Source: a virus (lineage: Duplodnaviria; Caudoviricetes). Taken from it: a stretch of DNA of 64,000 nucleotides. Made by a program: the position numbers and the translations under genes. The stretch covers positions 32,001 to 96,000 of the IMG/VR virus record IMGVR_UViG_3300032038_000025. One strand, given 5' to 3'. Within the stretch, counting starts at the first letter, position 1; each line of letters opens with the position of its first letter. Below are positions 11,506-25,600 of this stretch, in pieces. The notes beneath the pieces were generated by a model that was not told where the DNA came from, searched no databases, and saw nothing but the letters and a program-made list of their open reading frames with translations.

Positions 11506-14500
11506 TCACGCACTGCCATAAACTGGCTGCCCATGAACTAATCCTTGACCAGTTGTAAAATGTATTGTTACGTTTGTTACATATCCATCTTTATCTCTTG
11601 TGCAAGTAGCACCAGTTATAGAACGAACTACTGTTCCCCAACCAGCTCCCCATTCTTGAAACTTTAATGTCCTAAGAATTGCTAAATCGCTAATCTAAGA
11701 TTTTTTAGCATATATTTTATCAAAATTTCCGACTTCGGCTTCAACAACCCCCTGAGCTAATTTGTTCATAAAATCCGTAAGAGTTTGATTTTTTCCAACT
11801 TGAAATCTATCTGGATTTATAGAAGAGAGGCCACCGCCTCCTCCACCTCCGCCGCCACCACCAGAAGTGGAATTATACATATTTATGGTAATACCTTCAC
11901 CAATAAGAGAGCCGCCATCAACTGTTCCATGAATTTTACTGAACCAAGCATCTCCATCAGAATTGATATGCCAGCCATTACCACTCATAGAGCCATCTTT
12001 ATTTAATGTGGTCTTACCACCGCTAAGTTTCTATTTACTAATATTCCAACCAGCTATTTTTCCACTATTAAACTATGCACGACCATCAGCAGAAATTTTC
12101 CAACCACTTTCATCCTCTTTATAATTTGCATAAATGCTGCCATTAGAATTTAATGTAAGTGTCTTTCCATCATTTGTGCTTGCACTAATAGTGCTATCGT
12201 CTATATTCCATTTACCTATTGTTCCGTTTGTTGAAGTTAACTATCCACCAGCTGTAACAGAAAATGTATTACCTAATTTAATTTCATCAGTCCCAAGATA
12301 AACTTGATTTTCTCCACTTCCATAAGATATAAATGACTATCCAGAATTATTGCTGTTGATAGTCCAATATTTTTTATTTTTTTTACTATCTTGTGCAACT
12401 GCATTATATCCAAGGGTTAATACACCTTCTGGAGTAACTTTAAATTTAGATCCAATAGATAAACCATTTTCTGATAAGTAAAAACCATTTCCGGTCTTTG
12501 TTAATGTATTATGACTATTAGAATAAATTTCACCATTTTCATTTAAATGAAGTTGACCACCAATTAATTCATTTTGAAAATTTGGGTCTTTTTTTGTTCC
12601 TATATTAGTTTTTCCTATTGTCCATCCTGCAATTGAGCCGCCCTATTGAGCAGTAAGATACCCCTGTTCAGTAACAGAAAAATTTCCACTACCAAATTTA
12701 ATCTATGGAGTAGATAAATCAATTAACATACCTGCTTTATTATCAGATTCTTTAATAGTACCATCTTCTTTTATAATTTTATCTTTGTCAGGAAAGCCTT
12801 TACTATTAAAATTATCATTTTTCCAATAGTTATTACTAACAATAAGTGCTTTATCTAAATTTGGACTTATAACAATTCTACCAGTATTATTTTTACCAAA
12901 TAATGCTCCACCACTCTAGCTATCTAAAAAGAAAGTGCGATCGCCGCTTGCATATCCAAAAAGACCTGTCTAAGATTTAATCTTACCTGCCTATTTTACC
13001 TCACCCATTAAAACGCCAGTAAATTGGTTATTTTCATTTTTCTTGCCTGCGCCCATTTGAGGAGATAAAATATATCCACCATCATCTTTAATTTGAATAC
13101 TATTTCCATCCCACTCGTTTAAATGAGCTAATCCATATTTATTTAATAAAAAATGAATAGGAATTCTTAATTTACCAATTTGATTCTCATTATCTTTAAT
13201 AGTGCAAAGGACCGCAACATTTACACAAGCCCCATCGTATTTCATTGCGGGTTTAACATCAAATTGATTTTTTTGATAAGTTCCTTCTCTTTGAATAATT
13301 TTTAATAAATTAAGATCTGTTTCTTCTTTCTAACCATTTACCATCATACTAATAGGCTAAAATACATAAGAAATATTATCATTTAATGAAATATTTTTCT
13401 ATATTCCATTTTCATTTTGATAACACTATATTTCAAAAGGATAAGAAGTATCATATTGAGGAGATACGCCATCAGAAGTATAAAGAACATATTTAAAACC
13501 AGTATTTTCTTTTAAATCAAATCTATAATTATTTTTATTTATATATTTAGTCATAACTGGTATTGTTCCATAATAATTTTTACCTTCATATGTAATTGTA
13601 CATTTTATTATAGTAGCAAGAGAATCTCCTTTCCAAGACCCTCTTCCAACATATCTCATTCGTCCACTTAAATGATCATCAATTTCAAAAACATGTCGAT
13701 CATATTTATCATTTAATGTCTACCAATAAACCTATTCTGGCTGAATAAGATTATTTCCTGTTTGATCAGGATCTAAATGAGTCCCTTCCCAAACAAGCTA
13801 ACCGCTCTACCAAAGTTGTGTTTTAAAAAATTGTTTAGTCCCACTATCCTTTATATATGTCTAAGAATCATAATTACCAATACCGTAGTTTACAGTATAT
13901 CCTTCGATATCCTTAATCTAAGTAATTATAACATTAGAAGGTGGATTATTCATTAAAGTATTTGGTAAAATTCTAACAACATAATTAGTACCATTCGTAC
14001 CAGGCTCGCCCTGTTTAACAAAAGTAAATTGAGTAATTGCAGAAAGCGATATATTTTTTTGATAATTAATCTATAATTTTATTTGATTATTTTGACAACG
14101 AATATTATATCTATTAGCAATTTGGTAAGGTAGGGTCATTGCATTATCAAAATATTCATACATTCCAGTCGGATCAATTCCAGAACTAGCTAACTCAGAT
14201 TCATTTGGTTTAACTAATAAAGTATCCTTCACTGGGAAAATCCATCTTATCTAACTATTAGATGGATTAACTGTAAGTGGATTACCAACATTATCATATA
14301 AAGTAAATGATAATGCTTGAATTACTTGCGGATGATCTAATGATTTATTTGTCGGTGATACACCATTTTCATCATATTGGAATGCGGCGGCCCCATTTTC
14401 AATAACTAATGAATAAGTGCCTTCAATCTATAGTTTATTTGTTAAAGTAACTGAAGCAGTTCCTAAAAAGATTTCATTTTTAGTTTCTTTATTAATGCCA

Positions 14501-16080
14501 TAAACAGAACATTTAAAAGAACCAAAAGAAACAATATTACTTATTTGAATATTTTTTATTTTATTTCCTTGAACAATTTGGCTACCCTAAGACAATTCTT
14601 CAGTTGTCTATGGTAAAGATTGTAAGATACCTTCTTTAGAAACATATCCCCAAGAGAATGAATAAGTATAATTTTCATCTTCTTCTTTATCCTATCCACC
14701 AACTAAACAGGTTAAAGTAGGACATCCATTATCATAATAAAAATCAGTCCCACTATCAGACTAAATAGATACTTTATAAGCATCATTTGCTAAATTTTGA
14801 ATATTAATCTATTTTCTTACGACAGTTCCATCATATACAATAGCAACTCTAAATCTATTATTTTCAGCTAAAGCATCTTTTAAATATAAAATATATGTAT
14901 CTGATCCAGGAACCCATTCTATAATATCCTCCTGTCCCTATTCTTGCGCGGGAATAATATTAAACTAATTTAAGCATTGCCACCCACCGCCTAAAAATCT
15001 ATTATACTATTGACTTTTAGAAGTAATTCCAATATGTTCTCTCCCCCAATAGAAAGAAATATTTTGTGCGGCAGTTGCTAATTTACCTTTTATTTTTACT
15101 TGTGCTTTAATACTTCTGTAAGATTTATCAAGGTCTTTATCCTATTCAGTAAAAAATCTTCCTTCAGGAGTCCAAAAATTAATAGCAACACCGTTAATTT
15201 CAGATTCGCTCATCCGTACAGCGCCAATTATTTCAAAATCTGAAAGAATTATATCTCCGCTATCTAATCTTTTTTCAGTCTATTTTCCTGTTGCATTTGA
15301 AAAATCTTTATTAAATATTTGAATAGACTAAACTCTAATAAAATTAGGGCCATCAATATCAAAAACCTAATATTGACGAGTTTTACGACTTAGCCTATAT
15401 GGGTTATCTACCATAAGAGTTTCATCAATAATATATTTTCTAGTAACCTATTCACCAGATGCGTTATCCTTAAAAGTTAAATTAAAAATCATTCCATAAT
15501 GACCCTCAAATTGACGCATAGGAGGAATAGCTGTTTGAATAGAAGCTCCTAATATAATTGAAGAAGATTCTTTTAAATATAATTGTATTGCTTGGTCATT
15601 TATTTTTATTTTCGGTTTCGGTTCTGCAGGTTGTTCGCCACTCTCGGACTGATCTGTTTCAGCTTCCTACCCGCCAGCCGCATAAATTGTATATATATAG
15701 TCTTCATTGTTAGTGTCTAAATAAAATTGTCCACTTGATTCAATACAATTAGTACCAATTTTATCATAAGCCTAATCTCCAACCGCCTGTGATATATAAT
15801 TAATACCTAATTTGTTGGTAGAACCAAGGATGGTTTTTTGTTTACTAAAATCTCCCTATGGCACTTGTATATATACCATAGAGCCTTGTGTGTATAATAC
15901 ATCAGTATTTGTACTAAAAGCTCTAATTGTTGAGTCTTGATATCGACATCTATATTGACCTATTGTTTCATCCTAACAAGATAAAATAACGGCCTAAATT
16001 GTTTTGTCATACTTAGCTTTTTGTACAGCATTGTCAGTTAAAATATCTATAGCATCTAAAACATTCTAACTTACATTCAT
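11506..16080 (-). CDS. Large minor tail/baseplate protein, about 1524 aa, many TAG
   Basis: RBS AAGGAGG; fragments 13426, 12991 and 11695 all in frame with ATG 16080; IAGW/IGKW beta repeats; ends TGA. Confidence 0.8.
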
Positions 16081-16158
16081 AATAAATAGCCTCCTTATGT
16101 CTCCTTCTTATTAAATATAAAAAAAAGATAAAATGGGTTAATTAATTTAGACCTTTAA

Positions 16159-16338
16159 TTAAATTATAGAATATTTTTTTAGATTTTTCAACTTTTTTAT
16201 TCCATCTATGTGATATCTTGTAATATTAAAAAAATCTTCTTCAGTAATCTATCCTTTTTTAACTTTTTTCATCATATCTGCTAACGAATATACGCCCTAA
16301 TCCCATTTATATTTAATTATATTAACTGTCTATTTCAT
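16159..16338 (-). CDS. XkdX-like small protein, 59 aa, 3 TAG
   Basis: MK[TAG]TVNIIKYKWD[TAG]GVYS...VKKG[TAG]ITEEDFFNIT; RBS GGGAGTG. Confidence 0.55.
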
Positions 16339-16362
16339 TATTATCACTCCCTTAAATAAAAG

Positions 16363-16390
16363 AAAAGGGAGTTTATATAAACTCCCTTTT
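16363..16390 (-). terminator. Terminator after tape measure gene
   Basis: aaaagggagttt-atat-aaactccctttt. Confidence 0.7.
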
Positions 16391-16395
16391 ATATT

Positions 16396-19300
16396 TTATC
16401 GTCTCATTGCGCGCTGTGCGGCAAGATTTACTAAGTTATTAAACGCATCTTCAATCTATTGTTTGCTATTAACATTTGGGAAAGATGCTTCAATTTTTAT
16501 ATTTTGTTCAATAGTATCTGATTGATTATTAAACATATTAAAACCAGATTTAATATTAGACATTTTTACTTGAAGCCCATCTTTAAAATTACCAGCAATC
16601 TATCTTAATATTGAAATACCATTTAAGAAATTTTTAGTATCATCTTGATTTAAAACTAACTACTTTTTATCAAGTATAGCAATTTGACCCTAGTCTGAAT
16701 TCCAATCTCCCGTATAACCACCAGAAGCAAATCTTGCAATAGTTCTACGAGTTAATGAATTTCCTCCTTGAAGATAAAGATGTCCAGGTTGATTTGAACT
16801 TGATGCATTTGGTTTTTTAACATTATTAGATGTGCTTCCAGATCCATCAGAACCAGATCCGCCTCCATCAGAACCAGAACCACCAGTTCCATTATCTCCA
16901 CTAGACTGATATGCATTAGATAAAGCTGCTAATCTAGCTTGTAAATTAGCGGCTGCTTGGTAAATAGTATCCGTCATTCGCTAATAAGCCTTGCCGGTTT
17001 CAGCATAAACCGCCGCTTGTTCACGCTAATTATCAATAACACTTTTAATTTGGCTGACCATTTCTTTCGCAGCTGTGGTAACATTTTTATACTGTTCTTT
17101 TAAAGCATCTGCCGCAGTTTTTAACTATAATATAGCACTAAGTTCAGTAGACATACGATTAATCAACTAATCATTCTATTCAACTAAATCAGAAAACTCA
17201 TCAGTTAATTCATCAGTTCCTTCTGCAACATCATCTAAACTGATACCCGCAATTTCTGCCATCTATTCTAACTATTTTTGATAGTTTTTAGTGGTCTAAT
17301 CTAATGCTTCAAATGCTTTTTGGGTTGCTGGTATAAGACCGCCCTCTCCAGTGATTTTATCCATCATTTGTTGAATACCACCATTCCACCCAGGAACAAG
17401 AGTTTCCATAAGCGTTTTTAATTGCTCTTTAGACATATTTTTATAATTTTCAACATTAGTATTATATAAAGACGCATAATTTTGAATGGCAGAATCCATT
17501 AAATTGTTTCTAATATTAAGATTTTGCTATATATAACCAGTAATTTTATCTTGATATGCCTCATCTAGTAATGCTATTTGCTATGCTTTCTATTCTTCAG
17601 TTAAGGTAGCATCTAACATTAACTACATTCTTTTTTCTATATATTCTTGATAAGCAGCATACATTTCATCCAAATTTTGACGATATTTATCTTTATCAAA
17701 ATTATATAATTCATTTTGAGCATCAAGATAATTTTGTTGAGCATCTTCAATGCTCTATTCATCAGCAACATATTGATAAGAATAATTACCTTGAGCATCT
17801 CGTTTTAGTCTTAAAGATGTCTTACTAGATTGCGCCTATTCAAGAGCTATTCTAGCCTGTTCAACTTGTAACAGTTTTTCTGCTCTATCAACATCATATT
17901 GAGTTAATTTTTCTCTAGTCTTTAAATTCTCTAATTGTTCATCCATTAGTTTCTTTAAAGCCTTTTGATTTTTTAACCCATCTGTATTATTAATAGCTTT
18001 TTGGAATTTGTTTTCAAGAGATTGAAGTTCATAAGCAGAATTTACAGTATCTAAATATTCATCTGCGGCATCCTGCATATACTCCCACTCTTGACCTAGA
18101 TAATCAAGTCCTTTACCATTAGTAAGATTATTATTTAATTCTTCAAAAATTAAATTAAAAGTATTAGTATATTTATCTCTAATAAGATTTGCGCCATCCT
18201 ATATAGCGGAATTGATATTCTAAATAGCTCTCTTATAATTTTCTTCAAACTTTTCAGCTGCATTTGTCTGACCTGCGGCGATTGCAGCATCACGCCGTTG
18301 TTTCAAGAAATCCGCCTGTTTTCTTAATGAATCAATCTGCTTATTTTGATTATTTAGCATTTTATTATAATATTTATCCATTGCCGCATAATTCTTATCA
18401 CCATAAAGAATTTGCAATAAATCAATATTATGCTAAATTAAACCATTAACAAAATCATATCCTTCAATTTGTTTATCAAATTGATCTGCAATATCATCAA
18501 TAGTATCAAGATAAGCCTTATCAATATTATCAACAAGCTACTCAACTTCTTCCATTTGGTTCATTAATTCTTCCCAATCCTAAACCAAATGTTCCATAGC
18601 TTGTGCTTTGTCTTTGCCATAAATATCAGACCAACCAGTTTCATTGATTTCATTTATTTCTGCAAAATCTGCTTTTAATTGGTTAGTTAGTTTTTCGATT
18701 GAACCAATTGATCCACCTAAACCGCCATCTCCAAAGTATGAACGAAGATCATTAAAATCTTGTTTAACATCTCCAAATAATTCATCAAATTCACTATCTT
18801 TAAGAATATCTGTCGGCTAAAGAACATTTCTTACAAAATCATTCCAATCTCTTGCGGCTTCACCCATATCAAGACGAAGTTCAATTGAATAGCGGAATTT
18901 TTTAATATTATTTTCAATTTGCTTTTGAAGAGCTTCATCAAGAGCATCATTAGTTTCACCATACTCATTTTGAATATCTTCATATTGTTTAATTGCGCTC
19001 TAAAGCTATTTAAGTGCATCTTCGCCCTATTTGATTTTATCATCATATTCTTTAATAGCGGCAGATAGACCCTCTTTATAGGCTTTATCGGTAGATTTAT
19101 TATATTTCTAAACAAGTTCATTTCTTTGAGCAATTAATCCATTTAATTCAGACTATTTTCCAGTTAAAATCTATTGATAATTAGCAATATTATTATATTT
19201 ATCAAAAGTAACACCAAGATTTTTAAGAGTCTATCTTTGATTCTTTAAATCCTATTTTTGAATTTTTTGTTTTTCTTTTAATTTAGCAATACTTTTATCA

Positions 19301-22300
19301 AGGGTTGCATTCTGCTTATTTAAATTATCAATATATTGTTTACCAAATAATTTATCCTAATCTTTGGTTAACTTCTAAAGTGAACGATCAATCTTTTTAA
19401 GATCTCGATTGACATCATGATAAGGATCGGCGGTTTTCTTTAATGGCTTTTTCTTTTCCTTTTTAGAGGTATCAGGCTTGGTTCCACCGCCGCCTCCTCC
19501 GCCTCCGCCGCCACCTTTTTTGCCGCCGCTTCCGCCGGCATTACTGGCGTGCTTATATTTAAATCCACCACCGGAAGATTTATTTGCAGATATAACTTTT
19601 AAACCAAAAGCTTTGCTTTGTTTTTTTACTTTCATAGGTTCTGGTTTTGGAGTGACATCTAAAGCATCATATTGCCATGTTCCACTATATCCATCTCCAG
19701 CCTAAATAACAGGACCAGAATCTGAAGAACCCATACTAACCTATGGAAATCTAACAGTACCTGTTACAGTTCTTGCATTTGCATCATATGCAGCTACCTC
19801 AGACTCTTCTTCTGCATCAGTATCTGTTTCAATAACTTCTGCATCAACACCCATAGAAGCAAGATAATCAGTAGCTTGTTGAGCCGTTTGGAAAGCCCCA
19901 TCAACCATCTAACTCAATCCATTTAAAAAATCTTGATTATTTAATGAAGCACCAATCTACATATCATCAAGATTTTGACCCTAATAATATTTATTCATTA
20001 AATCATTAAAACCATTATTAAAGTCTTCTGTATTAAGTCCAACTTGCATAGCAATATCTTGTTGTGCAGCTTCCATTAAATCATCATAAGCCTCTTCAGA
20101 TCCCTATGCAGCCGCCTTCATTAAATCAAGATTTTCTGCATTGGTTAAAAAGTCTTCTGATAAAGATGTCCCATCTAGATCAAGTAAATCAGAATATGCA
20201 TCTCTTAACTCTCCTATGGCTTTAGATTGTTTTTGTAAACTACCACTAGAAAGTGCATCCATCCAATCTTCATAATTATCAGACACATCTTTAATAGCAT
20301 CGTCAAATCTTAAAACAGCTTCAGCAACATCTTCTGCCGCTCGCCCATCCTATTGTAAACTATCTGCTAATTCCTCAGACGATGTACTCATCTACTAAAT
20401 TACCTAAGTCATTTTAGCTAATTCACTCTAATCAACATCTTCATCAGTTGGAAACATCGCATCATGCATTTGATGAGCAAATTCTTTCCATATCTATTCA
20501 TTTTCTTTAGCTTTTTCAGAAAGGTCTCCAGTATAATCACTAATTTCAGTAACTTTATTAGCTAATGCTTCAGCTTGTTGAGCTGTTAATTCTCCATTGT
20601 TAGCAAGTTGTAACCATTTTTCAGCAAGCCATTTAGTTCTTTCATCAGTATCTCCAACAACATCTCTTAAATATTCAGCTTGTTTAACAGCCTGATCCAT
20701 TTCAACATAAGTATGAGTTTGTGAACCTCCACGCCCAGCATTACCATATGCATCTGAAAAAGCTGCAACTTTAGTTTCCTAAGTTTTTACTGCACTTTTA
20801 GTTAATTCATCATAATTTTGATTAGTAACTGTGTCTGGATGAGCTTGAGCATTACCAATTCTACTTAATCTATTTTCAATTTCTCCCATTGCAGCATGGA
20901 AGCCATCAAGTTTAAAAGAATTAATAGTTTCATAAAATTCTTTAGCATTACCAACTAATTTATAAGTACCATCGCCAGCAATTTTAAAATAAGATTTAAG
21001 CTATGGAGCAAGACTATCAAAATCTTCTGATGAAATATTCTTACCACTTCGTACAGTATCCTAAATACCTTGATATTGATTATAAGTTTCAGCTGCTTTT
21101 CTTTGATAATCTTGAAAATTATCTTTATTTAAATTAACTGCCGCAAGGTTAGATAAATCCATTCCCGCAATTTTTTGAATAAGTGCTAATAAAGTGTCCC
21201 AACTATCAATAGCCTATGGATCCACTTCAATAAAATCAAATAATGCATTAAGATGCTATTCATCTAATGATTCAAGAGCCTTTTTAACACCCTCTGTCAT
21301 TTCTCCGTCAAACTTGTCGTTCCACTATTTAATTTTATCTGCATACTCATCAAATTGAATAAATTTATCTCTATAGTTTCTAGCCAACTATGCATCAACC
21401 ATTGCATATAACTAATCATCACTATATTTTCCTTCTCCAAATTGCGCCTCAAGAGAATCTTTTAATGCTTCTCTGGCGTCCATATAATCATAAACGCTTT
21501 CAATGGCCTCATCTTGAATTTCAGGAAGTTTTAAAGCCTCAAGCTATGTAGAATATTTTTCATAATCCTTCATAGCAGCATCGTATGATTTTACACTATC
21601 CTCCATAGATTTTAACCATTGAGTTACCTCTTTATAAAGTGGAGACTATTCTAATTCTTTTTTCTGCTTCTAACTAAGATTATCTGTATACTAATTAATA
21701 GCATCATTTAGCTCATGATAAAAATTAACAATATCATCGCCCTCTAAATCCATTGAAAACTATAAACCATTCATGGTCTAATCTTGAAAAGCTGAAAGTT
21801 GAGATAAGGCTGTTCTTAATCCATTATCTTGTCTTCTACCACTACTAAATGTAATACCATATTGATTTGTAAGAGTATTTGCATCACCATTTGTTTTTGT
21901 AGCGACATCCTAAGCTACAAGTTTCCCGGCAGATTCCATTTCTGCTTTTGCAGATTCTTTTCCTTCTTCAGCAGCCGCCCTTCTTTTCTTAAGAATTCCT
22001 TCTGTTAAATTATCATAATGTTTTCTTAACTAATCTGCGGCCTACCCCTATAAACCATACTGATCAATAAGATTTTCAATTTGAGATTTTAACTAATTTC
22101 TAGTAATTTCATGCTATTCATATTTCTTTTGTAACTAGTCTAAAGATGAATATAATCCTCTTTGAGCCTAAATATTTTCTTGGATTGCATTTGCCTATTC
22201 AATATTTGCTTTAGCATTCTAAATGGCTTGTCTTCTTGCTTGCTATTTTATTGTTATAAGAGTTGTTATAACTGTAGCAACTGCCATTACTGCTGCAACA

Positions 22301-24960
22301 GCCACACCAGCAGAAAGACCTCCCAAACCAAATAATCCTATAATGGCGGCTCTGGCTTGAGTAAAACCATAAATAAGCATTGGAATCATACTAGTAATAT
22401 TTGTTGTTAATTGTAAAAATCTCTAACCATCTGTTAAATCTTTATTATTCCAAATATTACCAAGATTTTGAAATTGTTGGATAACCGAAGTTAATGTTGC
22501 AACGGAACCAGCTAATGCAGTCACATTTTGAACAGTTGATTGTAAATCTACATCTTTTTTCTTTTGATTAAAACTTTTATTTAAAGCAGCTCTTTCTTCT
22601 TCTAATTTTTGCTTTTGTTGTCTATATTCTTCTAATTTTCCTTCTTCTGCACTTTCTATTAATTCATCTATATGTTGAATTTGCGAATTTATAGTTTGCA
22701 TTAAATTCTTATAAATATTATCTACAACATCTGCGGCCTATTTATTAGTTCCTTTAAAAGTAGATGTATCAAAACTATTTAAATCATTTTGCATGTTTTG
22801 AAGAGATTTCTTTACATTATCAGATAAAAAACTAAATGGACTATTAGCCTCATTTAATTTAAATCCATCAAAAACATCTTGCATAGAATCTTTTAAAGTA
22901 TTAATTTGTTTTGCAAGCTGACCATTTTGATTAAAAGTATTGTTTTGATTTTGAGCATTTAATAAAGTAGATCCAGTAAAATCTTTATAAGCCTGTCTTA
23001 ATTTATCTTGTTCTGTTTGGACTGGTTTAAATGCATCTTTAAGTTCTAATAATTTATTTTTAAATTTCTCAATACCATTTTGACCAGCTAGAGCCTCATT
23101 TAAGTCATTATACCCATCCATAAAAATATCAACATTTTGACTTAAAGCCTTAAAACCCTATTCTAATAAATGATATTTTTCTCTAGCAACATCTAGCTCT
23201 CCAGCATTTTTACTTATATCTTGCAATTGCTTTTGCATGATATTAAAATCTCCTGAAGATAACTTTCCACTTTGAGCCATTTTTAAAAGATCATTCTATT
23301 GATTAATTATAAATTGAGTGGTATCATCTCCAACGCCTTTATCTTGTAAATTTTTAGCTTCTGCAATTGCATTTTTAATATATTGAGTTTGTTGTTTAAC
23401 TTTCTCAAAATTATTAATAGTAGTAGTAATACTGCCTGCTATTTGTTTACTAAAGACTAGCATAGCAACAGAACCAAGATCTCTTAATACTCCTATGCCG
23501 CCACCAATACTATCAACAAAATTAGCACCAAAAGTCGCAAGCTATGATAATGCATCAATTATTTTATTAATACTATCTGTATCAGCTAAACTATCATATA
23601 TATCTTCCATTGATGCCTTTAATGTTTGAAGATGTGCAGCTGTTGAATCCATATAAGTATCTTGTTGCTCTTGTAACGTACCTGCCGCACCTTGCGCAGT
23701 AGCTAATGCTTCATTATATTTTTCAAAATTATCAAATAAAGCAATTAAATTAGAATATTGTCTTTGACCTGCCATAGTTTGTGCTAAAGAAATCTGTTGC
23801 TCACGAGTTAATGATTCCCATTTATTACCAATTTCTTCCATTACCTCGCCCATATCACGAAGATTACCATTCATGTCAAGAACATTAAATCCTAATTCTG
23901 CCATTTTTCCAGAATAATTACCAAGAGTAACGCCATCTTCATCAATACCAGCTTTAATATCACTAATACGAGCATATACGGTTCTTAAAGCAGTACCAAC
24001 ACTTTCAGGCGCCTGCCTAGTAACAGAAATAATTGTTGACAACTGTGCGGCTAACTGATCCTAACCTACACCCATCGCGGCGGCCGCACTTGCAACCTTA
24101 CTCATACCAGTACTTAATTCCTAAAGGTTTGATGCCGTTGTTGCAGCAACCGCAGCCAGTCTATCAACATAAAGCTATGCTTCATCCGCGGTAACTTTAT
24201 AACCATTCCATACAGCAGTTAACTATTCTGAAACAGCATCTGTTGATTGACCAGTAACGTTAGCAGCTTTAAGAGTAATTGCCGCTCTTGCCTATATCTA
24301 TTTATCTGACAAACCCTGTTGTGCATAAATTAATGCAGCATTGGTATAATCAGTTGTTGTTTTTCCTAATTCTTTTGCAGCATTATTAGCTTGTACTGCA
24401 AATTTAGCCATTTCATCACTAGATTTACCAGTAACAATTCTAATATCATTTAATGATGTATCTAATGCTTTTACATATCCCCATGCCTGTTCAACAGATC
24501 GTGAAAAACCATTAACAACACTAGAAGCCACATTCCATTTAATTGTATTAGCAAGTGTTTTTGCCATTTTATCAAGTAAAGCATGGCTTTCTTTTAATTG
24601 AATATTAGTAGTTAAAAGTTGTGTAGTTAAATTTCTAAATGCGGCTTCTCCGGCAGCCCCCGCTCTAGTAAAAGTCTGATAAACTTGCTAAATTGGTAAA
24701 CTCCCTAATTCTTTTTTAAAAATTTCAAGATTAACCGTTCCTAATTTAACATTAAAAGCCTTATCAAGTGCCTACTACACTTTCCTAGCTTCTTTTTCAA
24801 TTTCCTTAAAATAGCCTCTTGCAGTTTGTATATCAGTATTATTAATCTTCATTACATCACTAACTTTCATTTTTTGTAAGTCTTGTAATGAAGATTTTAA
24901 CTGATTTAAATTCTGGGTATTAACATCAAATCCAACTTGATATTTAATTTGATTTGCCAT
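16396..24960 (-). CDS. Tail tape measure protein (TP901-like core), about 2854 aa, dozens of TAG
   Basis: Twelve track fragments are in one frame and each ends in TAG. Motifs TRQAPESVGTALRTVYARI, AGQRQYSNLIALFDN, FASGGYTGDW. Ends TAA. Confidence 0.9.
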
Positions 24961-25070
24961 ATCCTTTTATCTCCCTTATATATAATAACAAAAATCTATA
25001 TATAAAAAAAGTATTATTTTATATAACCTATATAGCCATATAAAATAATACTTTTAACACTTATCATTAT

Positions 25071-25499
25071 TTATTCTTCTATTCCATCTGTGGCAAATTC
25101 ATGTTGTTCTAGCAATTCCGCATATGTATTTCTTATGTGTTCAATACTAGCTTGCGCACGTTCATTTTTAAATTTTGGATGTGTGCCACAAAATTCAAGA
25201 TATTCAGTTATGTTTTCAAGTGTTTGATTCCATGATTCCATACTATGAATGCGGTTATTAACTATATCATCACTAAATTGTAGAATAGAAGCTCGTTTAG
25301 CTTTAGCCTAATTAGTGTCAATTTTATTATCAAGTTCACTAATTTCTAAATGAATTTCATCTATTGCCCCAAGTATTTCTCTCTTCTAATCTTCTTTCTT
25401 ATCTTTTCTAGCAATAAGAAATTGAATAAAATTCCAAATACCTACTGAAGCAAACATGCTTATAATACATGTTATTATTGTCTGCCACATTGGGTTCAT
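25071..25499 (-). CDS. Membrane-anchored lysis-region protein, 142 aa, 2 TAG
   Basis: N-terminal hydrophobic helix; RASILQFSDD...YLEFCGTHPNFKN; RBS AAAGGTG. Confidence 0.7.
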
Positions 25500-25600
25500 T
25501 AGCAATATCACCTTTCCGGGCGGGAGCGCATTAGCAACAGCCGCCCTTTAATATAATAAATTTAAGATTCATCCCTTATCTCCTGTTGCAAATATTATTA

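Noticed and set aside
18831-19133. 100-aa minus-strand ORF
   Set aside because: Out-of-frame overlap within the tape measure gene; no RBS or motif
19478-19705. Poly-proline ORF on + strand
   Set aside because: Antisense shadow of a poly-Gly linker in the tape measure protein
10208-25499. Mass pseudogenisation or G-to-T sequencing damage as the cause of ORF fragmentation
   Set aside because: The breaks I checked are all TAG and preserve frame. G-to-T damage would convert the commoner GAA to TAA at least as often, and decay would add TGA and frameshifts.
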